Below are positions 11,130 through 21,460 of a DNA stretch of 64,000 bases, in pieces; the stretch's first letter is position 1, and every line of letters begins with the position of its first letter. Both the position numbers and the translations under genes were made by a program. Location: positions 25,916,001 to 25,980,000 of the forward strand of contig OX597841.1 of the NCBI GenBank assembly GCA_951406725.2, written 5' to 3'. Source of the DNA: Octopus vulgaris (lineage: Eukaryota). The notes below the pieces were generated by a model. The model was not told the DNA's origin. It searched no databases and saw nothing but the letters and a program-made list of their open reading frames with translations.

Positions 11130-12465
11130 CCCTTTTGATATGAAACTGCCTGAGACAATTCTTTGAAATATGATATAAATTTCCAGTTTTAAAATGGTCT
11201 AAATTAAAACCTTCGGATCTTTTCAGTTTGAACAGTAGTTTTTTCTAGCGGTGTCATATGAAATTGTCACCCATAATTATGACCCTAGTATCGATCTATT
11301 GCACTTCAATCTGTTTTAGGGTTAGGGTTAGTTAGGGTTAGGGGTAGGGGGAAGGGTATCTTTTTTTCTTCACAAATGTAAATAAACCCAATCTGTTTCT
11401 TAAACGAGGGACATATGTGGCACAGAATGTTTTTTTTCCTCAATAGACTGTCATTGATTGGTTGAAATTGCAAAAATTGTCACCCATAATTATGACCCTA
11501 GTATTGATCTATTGCATTTCAATCTCTTTTAGGGTTAGGGGTGGGGGGAAGGGTAGCCTTTTTTCTTGAGAAATGTAAATAAACCCAATCTGTTTCTTAA
11601 ACGAGGGACATATTCATACGGTACAGAATGTTTTTTTACCTCAAGAGAGGTAAAATATCTTACAAACTATAGAATTTTCTCAATAAAGCCAAGAGAAAAA
11701 GATGTTTTATAAACACATTTTACCAGTATACGAAGTTTTAAATTCTTTAGTTACCTAGAAATTATGTTAAAAACTGCCGTTCAAACCGAAAAGATCCTAA
11801 ACCCAATCTGTTTCTTAAACGAGGGACATATTCATATGGCACAGAATGTATTTTACCTCAATGGACGTCAATGATTGGTTGAAATTGCAGAAATTGAAGA
11901 AAAAAACAACAAATATCTTACAAACTATAGAATTTTCTCAATAAAGCCAAGAGAAAAAGATGTTTTATAAACACATTTTACCAGTATACGAAGTTTTAAA
12001 TTCTTTAGTTACCTAGAAATTATGTTAAAAACTGCCGTTCAAACCGAAAAGATCCTAAACCCAATCTGTTTCTTAAACGAGGGACATATTCATATGGCAC
12101 AGAATGTATTTTACCTCAATGGACGTCAATGATTGGTTGAAATTGCAGAAATTGAAGAAAAAAACAACAAATATCTTACAAACTATAGAATTTTCTCAAT
12201 AAAGCCAAGAGAAAAAGATGTTTTATAAACACATTCTACCAGTATACGAAGTTTAAAATTTTTTAGTTACCTAGGAATTATGTTAAAAACTGCTGTTGAA
12301 ACAGAAAAGATCCAAACCTTCTTCCATCAAAATTTTGTGTTAATTTATGTTCAAAACACCAGCTTAATAATTACGAAATTAGTTTATTCAATTTTCATTA
12401 TTTTTCTGAATTAATTGAGACAAAGTCAGTGTGTTTTAATAGTGAAATGGTAACAAAAAGGTTAA
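11130..12465. mobile_element. Old AT-rich MITE-like repeat (piggyBac-like ends), split by the 11215-12313 insertion; related copy at ~10810-11040
   Basis: AAATTAAAACCTTCTTCC...ATGGTA(G/A)CAAAAGG shared by both copies; ends CCCTTTTGATA...AAAAAGGTTAA. Confidence 0.45.
11215..12313. mobile_element. Merlin-like (GG-terminal) MITE with 8-bp TSD, TTAGGG tract and triplicated right end
   Basis: TIRs GGATCTTTTCAGTTTGAACAG...CTGTTGAAACAGAAAAGATCC; TSD AAACCTTC at 11207-11214 and 12314-12321; right TIR also ends at ~11797 and ~12056. Superfamily is inferred from the GG ends and 8-bp TSD. Confidence 0.8.
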
Positions 12466-12571
12466 TTAATAATGACACAGTATTTGACGGAATTCTCCGT
12501 CGATATTTTCTAAATTGATTAAAACAAATTGACGGCAACAAATGGGAAAGTTTGACCTTTGCAAGCAAAGG

Positions 12572-12696
12572 TCTGTACCTCTGAAAAACCTAAACCTTGT
12601 GTATAATATGCACCACTTCTCTAACTTGAGTCAAGGAGGTCTATATAGCGTCCTTGGTTTGTAAAACTGTATACAGTAAATGTCCTTTATTATTAT

Positions 12697-12735
<39 letters not shown>

Positions 12736-12967
12736 GCACATACATATATACATACACACACACATATATCTATATCTATATATACACATATATGCACATG
12801 CACACATATATATACATACACACACGCATGCATATATATATATACACACATAGTATACACACAAAAATATATACATATATTTATATTATATAAATACATA
12901 CATATATACATACACACACACATACATATATCTATATCTATATATACACATATATGCACACACACAC

Positions 12968-13060
<93 letters not shown>

Positions 13061-13194
13061 TGCACACGCACACATATATATACATACACACACACATGCA
13101 TATATATATATATACACATAAAAATATATACATATATTTATATTATATAAATACATACATAGATACATACACACACGCACACATAAGCTCTACA
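12572..13194. other. Composite insertion: Tc2-MITE fragment (12572-12698) plus inverted copies of 10462-10630
   Basis: CTGTACCTCTGAAAAACCTAAACC matches the 13405-14200 units; CACGCACACATAAGCTCTACA (to 13194) is the reverse complement of TGTAGAGCTTATGTGTGCGTG (from 10462). Confidence 0.75.
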
Positions 13195-13404
13195 TGGGGA
13201 CATGTTTGTTTATTTGGACATGTTCGGTTCATTTGGTCACTTCAGGATTGTACATTCCAACTAGGTTATTTTGTTAAGGTTATTTCTGCAGATATTCTTC
13301 TAGAAATTATATCCAACACTAATTTTTGCTACAGCATTTTGTACACAAGACATCAGATGTAAACAAACAATGAGATTGAAGATAAACATTGGGTAATGGG
13401 TATA

Positions 13405-14530
13405 CCATAAATCCTCGAGTATAGTCCGCCCTTGAGTATAATACGCAGGGGAATTTTAGGGGCTGTACCTCTGAAAAACCTAAACCTTGTGTATAATACT
13501 CACCCCTTCTCTAACTTGAGTCAAGGAGGTCTATATAATGTCCTTGGTTTGTAAAAATGTACCGTAAATCCTCGAGTATAGTCCGCCCTTGAGTATAATA
13601 TGCAGGGAATTTTTAGGGGGTCTGTACCTCTGAAAAACCTAAACCTTGTGTATAATACGCACCCCTTCTCTAACTTGAGTCAAGGAGGTCTATATAACGT
13701 CCTTGGTTTGTAAAAATGTACCATAAATCCTCGAGTATAGTCCGCCCTTGAGTATAATATGCAGGGGATTTTTAGGGGGCTGTACCTCTGAAAAACCTAA
13801 ACCTTGTGTATAATACGCACCCCTTCTCTAACTTGAGTCAAGGAAGTTTATATAACGTCCTTGGTTTGTAAAAATGTACCGTAAATCCTCGAGTATAGTC
13901 TGCCTTTGAGTATAATACGCAGGGGAATTTTAGGGGGCTGTACCTCTGAAAAACCTAAACCTTGTGTATAATACGCACCCCTTCTCTAACTTGAGTCAAG
14001 GAAGTTTATATAACGTCCTTGGTTTGTAAAAATGTACCGTAAATCCTTGAGTATAGTCTGCCCTTGAGTATAATATGCAGGGGATTTTTAGGGGGCTGTA
14101 CCTCTGAAAAACCTAAACCTTGTGTATAATACTCACCCCTTCTCTAACTTGAGTCAAGGAGGTCTGTATAATGTCTTTGGTTTGTAAAACTGTATATGGT
14201 AACGTCCTTTATTATTATTGCAAACGTGTAGCTTTTTTGTGCATTTTGTTTGCAGAAAATAAAGAAATAACAGTAATAACATTTAATAAATGTTGCTTAC
14301 TGCAAGTTATGGATGATTCTTTTATGACTTCATTGCTTTCTGGCTTAGCTTAAGGTATTTTCACGCCCGACATCACAAGATGCATCTGAATAAAAATTGC
14401 TGAACAACAAATAGACTCAGACATTGCTTAGAAAATAATTTTCATTTTTAACCTCGTATATAGTACACACTAGGGATTTTGACCTTGAAATTTTGGGGAA
14501 AAAATGCGAATTATACTTAAGGATTTACGG
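13405..14530. mobile_element. Tc2-like (TcMar) MITE, TA TSD, left end tandemly repeated 5x (~158 bp)
   Basis: TA|CC(G/A)TAAATCCTCGAGTATA starts at 13405, 13562, 13721, 13879 and 14037; right TIR TATACTTAAGGATTTACGG|TA ends at 14530. CCGTA termini are typical of Tc2/Kanga-type elements. Confidence 0.85.
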
Positions 14531-14952
14531 TATAGGCCATATTTCGAGGGGTCTTGTCCTTTCATTAACAGCTATGTAATCCATTAATCGTCTTGTATAT
14601 GAAATGCTGTAGCAAAAAGAATCAGTGTTAGGCATAATTTGCATAGAATATCTATAGAAATAATCTTAACAAAGTAATATACAAGGCACTGCTAACACAG
14701 GAGGATGTAGTGTTGACTTATAAAAACATTTAGTATGTTTTATAGCATATAATGGTTGCATAACAAAATACCACGTACCTACAAATCCTTAGTATTCTAA
14801 CTAAGGTTTCCAGGTTTGTCATCCAAGACTTTTACGTATAGACAAACATTAAGGAACAATTTTTGGTCATCGTTATAATTTGCACAATTCCAAATTGAAT
14901 GGGTGGGGAAAAAGAATGCTAAAGGATTAAGAATGAATCGCTTAAATGTCCG

Positions 14953-15198
14953 TTGCAGCATGGAAGGGGTTTATAAGCCATTTAAAAAACACACAAAAGC
15001 CATTAGATTCACTTCAACATTTAAATTTAATTTGTCAAAATATTTTTGTTGCTTTGAAACTGTGACCATTTTGTCAGTGAACAGGTTGTGGTTTCAAAGC
15101 GATGAAAATATTTTGACAAATTAAATTTCAATGTTGAATTGAATCTAATGGTTTTTGTGTGTTTTTTAAATGGCTGATAAACACCTTCCATGCTGCAA
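14953..15198. repeat. ~246-bp imperfect palindrome (Penelope-like fold-back)
   Basis: TTGCAGCATGGAAG...GCTTTGAAAC versus GTTTCAAAGC...CTTCCATGCTGCAA; arms ~110 bp. Confidence 0.85.
15070..15120 (+). ncRNA. Type I hammerhead ribozyme fold with G3-C8 swapped core
   Basis: TTTGTCA | GTGAACA | G GTTGT-loop-GCGAT | GAAA | ATAT | TT | TGACAAA: 7-bp stem I and palindromic AATATT stem III. Confidence 0.6.
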
Positions 15199-15326
15199 TT
15201 GTTTTTGTTTCAACACACGATCTCAGATTAAGTCACTTGCTATGCAAGTACATCTTTATAGTTCTTAAATTTCATTTATATGCTTAACAGGGAAGACTGA
15301 TATAGATCTGTTGGCAAAGGGGAACC

Positions 15327-15368
15327 ACTATGGACATGTTTCAAACTCTCTAATCTCATCAGCACAGT
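15327..15368 (-). ncRNA. Type I hammerhead ribozyme (canonical core, weak stem II)
   Basis: Minus strand ACTGTG | CTGATGA | GATTAGAGAGTTT | GAAA | CATG | TC | CATAGT; 6-bp stem I, ACATGT palindrome, GUC site. Confidence 0.6.
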
Positions 15369-15573
15369 ATTATTCTAACTAAAATTGCCAGATATAACAA
15401 CCAAGATTTTCTCATTTAGACAAGCGGTTTCACACAATATAATTGTTATAATTGATACAATTAAAATAGAAAGAGGTGACGAAGGATGATTTCCAGAAAT
15501 TAAAAATTAATGTTTCAAAGTTAATTTACATGCTTAATGGGACAAGTCTGGTCTTTGCAGGCAAAGATGGACA

Positions 15574-15618
15574 GCTATGGACAAATGTTTTGACTTATTT
15601 GGTCCTCATCAGAATTGT
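15574..15618 (-). ncRNA. Degenerate hammerhead motif
   Basis: Minus strand CTGATGA | GGAC-loop-GTC | AAAA (GAAA mutated) | CATTTG | TC | CATAG. Confidence 0.45.
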
Positions 15619-15736
15619 ACAAACTTTTACTAAGCTTTTCAGGGTAGTCACTGATGATTTTTGCATATCGAAGAAACTTTTGTGAATAATTTCTTAATGG
15701 GCAAGCTTGAGCATTGTTTGCAGGCAAAGGTGAAAA

Positions 15737-15779
15737 ACTATGGACATATTTCAGTCTATGTGACCCTCATCAGGACAGT
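15737..15779 (-). ncRNA. Type I hammerhead motif (canonical core)
   Basis: Minus strand ACTGTC | CTGATGA | G GGTC-ACATA-GACT | GAAA | TATG | TC | CATAGT; one mismatch at the base of stem I. Confidence 0.55.
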
Positions 15780-16088
15780 ACATTCCAACCAAACTTGTCA
15801 ATTTAGTCGGCAAAAGTTTCCACTTACAGTAAAACCATTGTGAATAATTTCTGCTCGTTATAATTCACATAATAAAATAATAAAACAATAATTAAAAAAA
15901 TAATAAAACAATAATAAAAAAATAATAAAAAAAATAAATAAAAAGAGCAACGGTAACCAGCTCATATTTGACATTGATATAAATTTGGAAATTATGTTAT
16001 TTAATTAAGTTTTAATTATTGTTGATCTTTGTTACTCCATGTACTATTTCATTATTATGTATTGTTTTTGCTATATATTTAACTATAT

Positions 16089-17050
16089 GTTTTATTGTGT
16101 CTTGGGAAGTTCATTATGCCAATAATTATAAACACACGCACAGGTTCAATTCCACTTCTTTATTGCTATCAATTGGTTAAAAAATCTAACCAACTAATTA
16201 ATTGATTGTTTGTTTAATGTGTTTGTTAAATAATTAATTGGTTGTTTGTTAGTCAAAGCTTGTTTGTTGCTGTTTGCAACCTTTTCAGTGACTTTTTTTA
16301 ATGTTCATGTTCAGACTCTCCCCAAACACAACAAAATTTGTTTTAAGACAAGTTCACATTAAGAATCTTGCAAGCCAAATAAAAAGAAAATGAAGTTTAA
16401 AAATGTGTCCATATTTTTATTGTAGTTTTGTTATGTCTTGGGAGGGTCATCACGCCAATAACAATACCAACAACACAAGCACTGTCTAATTCCATTGTTA
16501 GTCAGCTGAAACAACTAACTAATCAGTCATTTGTTTAATCTGCTGGTTAAACAATCAATCGATTGTTTGTTAGTCAAATCTTTTTATTTGCTGTTTGTCT
16601 CCTTTTTCTGTGATTTTTAAAATTATTGGTGTTAGAACTCTCCCAAGACAACAAAATTTGTTTAAACATAAGAAATTCAGATCAAGAATTTTGCAAGCCA
16701 AATAAAAAGAAAATGAAGTTTAACAATGTGTCCGTATTTTTATTGTAGTTTTGTTATGTTTTGGGAGGGTCATCACGCCAATAACAATACCAACAACACA
16801 AGCACTGTCTAATTCCACTTTATTGGTAGAACTCTCCCAAGACAACAAAATTTGTTTAAACATAAGAAATTCAGATCAAGAATTTTGCAAGCCAAATAAA
16901 AAGAAAATGAAGTTTAACAAAATGTCTGTGTTTTTATTTGTGTCTCAGGTGGGGCTGTTATGCCAAAATAACACATGCACTGGCTCAATATCACTTCTTT
17001 ATTGTTTGTCAATTGGTTAAATATCTGACCAACTGACTAATCAACTGTTT
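16089..17050. repeat. Diverged tandem array (~330-bp units, 3-4 copies) of a MITE-like element
   Basis: TG(T/C)(C/T)TTGGGA(A/G)G...CTCTCCCAA(G/A)(A/C)ACAACAAAA inverted pair in each unit; GCAAGCCAAATAAAAAGAAAATGAAGTTTAA at ~16370, 16693 and 16887. Confidence 0.7.
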
Positions 17051-17054
17051 ATCG

Positions 17055-17285
17055 TTTTACCTTTTGCTTGTTTCAGTCATTAGAATTGTGGCCATGCTGG
17101 GGCACCGCCATGAAGAATTTTTAGTCAAATGAATCGAACCCCAGTACTTAAGTTTTTTTTAAGCCTGGTACTTAGTCTATCGGTCACTTTGCTGAACCAC
17201 TAAGTTATGGGGACATAAACACACCAACACCGGTTGTCAAGTGGTGGTAGGGGGACAAACATAGACACAAAGATGCACACAACAC
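17055..17285 (-). mobile_element. SINE family A-related 3' half
   Basis: TTGTTTCAGTCATT...GGCCATGCTGG...GGTTGTCAAG...GACAAACATAGACAC. Confidence 0.8.
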
Positions 17286-17324
17286 CTGTCTGTGTTCAGA
17301 TTGTCCTTCCACAGGGGCCATCCT

Positions 17325-20300
17325 GATGATGATGACGGTAGAGATGGTGGCAGTGATGCAGATGATGATGGTGATGGTGGTGGTAGTAGCAGTCGTGGTG
17401 GTGGCGGTCGTGTTAGTGGTGATGATGATGGTGGCAACAATGGCAGCGATGATGACGACAGTGATGTTGGTGATGAAGGTAGCGGCAGTGTTGGTGATGA
17501 TGGTGACGATGATGGTGATGGCGGCAGTGGTGCTGATGATGATGGTGATGGTGGCAGTGGTGCTGGTGATGATGGTGATGGTGGCAGTGGTGCTGGTGAT
17601 GATGATGATGGTGGCAGTGGTGCTGGTGATGATGATGATGGTGGCAGTGGTGCTGGTGATGATGATGGTGATGGTGGCAGTGGTGCTGGTGATGATGGTG
17701 ATGGTGGCAGTGGTGCTGGTGATGATGATGGTGATGGTGGAAGTGGTGATGGTGATGATGATGGTGATGGTGGCAGTGGTGATGGTGATGATGATGGTGA
17801 TGGTGGAAGTGGTGATGGTGATGATGATGATGGTGGAAGTGGTGATGGTGATGATGGTGATGGTGGCAGTGGTGATGGTGATGATGATGGTGATGGTGGA
17901 AGTGGTGATGGTGATGATGATGGTGATGGTGGAAGTGGTGCTGGTGATGATGGTGATGGTGGCAGTGGTGATGGTGATGATGATGGTGATGGTGGAAGTG
18001 GTGATGGTGATGATGATGATGGTGGAAGTGGTGATGGTGATGATGATGATGATGGTGGAAGTGGTGCTGGTGATGATGATGGTGATGGTGGCAGTGGTGC
18101 TGGTGATGATGGTGATGGTGGCAGTGGTGATGGTGATGATGATGGTGATGGTGGAAGTGGTGCTGGTGATGATGATGATGGTGGCAGTGGTGCTGGTGAT
18201 GATGGTGATGGTGGCAGTGGTGCTGGTGATGATGGTGATGGTGGCAGTGGCAGTGGTGATGATGATGGTGATGGTGGCAGTGGTGCTGGTGATGATGGTG
18301 ATGGTGGCAGTGGTGCTGGTGATGATGGTGATGGTGGAAGTGGTGATGGTGATGATGATGATGATGGTGGAAGTGGTGATGGTGATGATGATGATGGTGG
18401 CAGTGGTGCTGGTGATGATGATGGTGATGGTGGCAGTGGTGCTGGTGATGATGATGATGGTGGAAGTGGTGATGGTGATGATGGTGATGGTGGCAGTGGT
18501 GCTGGTGATGATGATGGTGATGGTGGCAGTGGTGCTGGTGATGATGGTGATGGTGGCAGTGGTGCTGGTGATGATGATGGTGATGGTGGAAGTGGTGATG
18601 GTGATGATGATGATGGTGGAAGTGGTGATGGTGATGATGATGATGATGGTGGAAGTGGTGATGGTGATGATGATGATGGTGGAAGTGGTGCTGGTGATGA
18701 TGATGGTGATGGTGGAAGTGGTGCTGGTGATGATGGTGATGGTGGCAGTGGTGCTGGTGATGATGATGGTGATGGTGGAAGTGGTGATGGTGATGGTGGC
18801 AGTGGTGCTGGTGATGATGATGGTGATGGTGGAAGTGGTGATGGTGATGATGGTGATGGTGGCAGTGGTGATGGTGAAGATGGTGATGGTGGCAGTGGTG
18901 CTGGTGATGATGATGGTGATGGTGGAAGTGGTGCTGGTGATGATGGTGATGGTGGCAGTGGTGCTGGTGATGATGATGGTGATGGTGGTGATGATGATGG
19001 TGGTGATGGTGGCAGTGGTGCTGGTGATGATGATGGTGATGGTGGAAGTGGTGATGGTGATGATGGTGATGGTGGCAGTGGTGATGGTGATGATGGTGAT
19101 GGTGGCAGTGGTGCTGGTGATGATGATGGTGATGGTGGAAGTGGTGCTGGTGATGATGGTGATGGTGGCAGTGGTGCTGGTGATGATGATGGTGATGGTG
19201 GAAGTGGTGATGGTGATGATGGTGATGGTGGCAGTGGTGCTGGTGATGATGATGGTGATGGTGGAAGTGGTGATGGTGATGATGGTGATGGTGGCAGTGG
19301 TGATGGTGATGATGGTGATGGTGGCAGTGGTGCTGGTGATGATGATGGTGATGGTGGCAGTGGTGCTGGTGATGATGGTGATGGTGGCAGTGGTGCTGGT
19401 GATGATGATGGTGATGGTGGCAGTGGTGCTGGTGATGATGGTGATGGTGGCAGTGGTGCTGGTGATGATGATGGTGATGGTGGAAGTGGTGATGGTGATG
19501 ATGATGATGGTGGAAGTGGTGATGGTGATGATGATGATGATGGTGGAAGTGGTGATGGTGATGATGATGATGGTGGCAGTGGTGCTGGTGATGATGGTGA
19601 TGGTGGCAGTGGTGCTGGTGATGATGATGGTGATGGTGGAAGTGGTGATGGTGATGATGGTGATGGTGGCAGTGGTGCTGGTGATGATGATGGTGATGGT
19701 GGAAGTGGTGATGGTGATGATGGTGATGGTGGCAGTGGTGCTGGTGATGATGATGGTGATGGTGGAAGTGGTGATGGTGATGATGGTGATGGTGGCAGTG
19801 GTGCTGGTGATGATGATGGTGATGGTGGAAGTGGTGATGGTGATGATGGTGATGGTGGCAGTGGTGCTGGTGATGATGATGGTGATGGTGGAAGTGGTGA
19901 TGGTGATGATGGTGATGGTGGCAGTGGTGCTGGTGATGATGATGGTGATGGTGGAAGTGGTGATGGTGATGATGGTGATGGTGGCAGTGGTGCTGGTGAT
20001 GATGATGGTGATGGTGGAAGTGGTGCTGGTGATGATGGTGATGGTGGCAGTGGTGCTGGTGATGATGATGGTGATGGTGGAAGTGGTGATGGTGATGATG
20101 ATGATGGTGGAAGTGGTGCTGGTGATGATGATGATGATGGTGGAAGTGGTGATGGTGATGATGATGGTGATGGTGGCAGTGGTGCTGGTGATGATGGTGA
20201 TGGTGGAAGTGGTGATGGTGATGATGATGATGATGGTGGAAGTGGTGATGGTGATGATGATGATGGTGGCAGTGGTGCTGGTGATGATGATGATGATGGT

Positions 20301-21460
20301 GGAAGTGGTGCTGATGATGATGGTGATGGTGGCAGTGGTGATGGTGGCAGTGGTGCTGGTGATGATGATGATGGTGGCAGTGGTGCTGGTGATGATGGTG
20401 ATGGTGGCAGTGGTGCTGGTGATGATGGTGATGGTGGCAGTGGTGCTGGTGATGATGATGGTGATGGTGGAAGTGGTGCTGGTGATGATGGTGATGGTGG
20501 CAGTGGTGCTGGTGATGATGATGGTGATGGTGGAAGTGGTGATGGTGATGATGATGATGATGGTGGAAGTGGTGATGGTGATGATGATGGTGATGGTGGC
20601 AGTGGTGCTGGTGATGATGGTGATGGTGGAAGTGGTGATGGTGATGATGATGATGATGGTGGAAGTGGTGATGGTGATGATGATGATGGTGGCAGTGGTG
20701 CTGGTGATGATGATGGTGATGGTGGAAGTGGTGCTGATGATGATGGTGATGGTGGAAGTGGTGATGGTGATGATGATGATGATGGTGGAAGTGGTGATGG
20801 TGATGATGATGATGGTGGCAGTGGTGCTGGTGATGATGATGGTGATGGTGGAAGTGGTGATGGTGATGATGATGATGATGGTGGAAGTGGTGATGGTGAT
20901 GATGATGATGGTGGCAGTGGTGCTGGTGATGATGATGGTGATGGTGGAAGTGGTGCTGGTGATGATGGTGATGGTGGAAGTGGTGATGGTGATGATGATG
21001 ATGGTGGCAGTGGTGCTGGTGATGATGATGGTGGAAGTGGTGATGGTGATGATGGTGATGGTGGCAGTGGTGCTGGTGATGATGGTGATGGTGGAAGTGG
21101 TGATGGTGATGATGATGATGATGGTGGAAGTGGTGATGGTGATGATGATGATGGTGGCAGTGGTGCTGGTGATGATGATGGTGATGGTGGAAGTGGTGAT
21201 GGTGATGATGATGATGATGGTGGAAGTGGTGATGGTGATGATGATGATGGTGGCAGTGGTGCTGGTGATGATGATGGTGATGGTGGCAGTGGTGCTGGTG
21301 ATGATGATGATGATGGTGGAAGTGGTGCTGATGATGATGGTGATGGTGGCAGTGGTGATGGTGGCAGTGGTGCTGGTGATGATGGTGATGGTGGCAGTGG
21401 TGCTGGTGATGATGGTGATGGTGGCAGTGGTGCTGGTGATGATGGTGATGATGCAGATTA
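17325..21460. repeat. 4.1-kb GGT/GAT-derived minisatellite, 30-33 bp variant units GGTGG(C/A)AGTGGTG(C/A)TGGT(GAT)n[GGTGAT]
   Basis: Direct reading; all length variation is in triplets, which gives four long ORFs. Confidence 0.95.

Larger units (their letters stand above)
15265..15880 (-). repeat. Old diverged tandem repeat (~170-250 bp units), each unit with a hammerhead motif; further units at ~14790-14900 and 12530-12571/13195-13320
   Basis: Shared order AA(T/C)(G/A)GG...GCAAAG...CTATGGACA..TTT...CTCATCAG...GTA at ~15286, 15536 and 15697. Confidence 0.65.

Noticed and set aside
11316-11352. Telomere or chromosome-fusion relic
   Set aside because: Only a few TTAGGG units, internal to a TSD-flanked MITE.
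13405-14200. CRISPR-like array or repeated promoter (TATAAT motifs)
   Set aside because: Whole 158-bp units are near-identical and begin with a transposon TIR; bacterial -10 motifs are irrelevant here.
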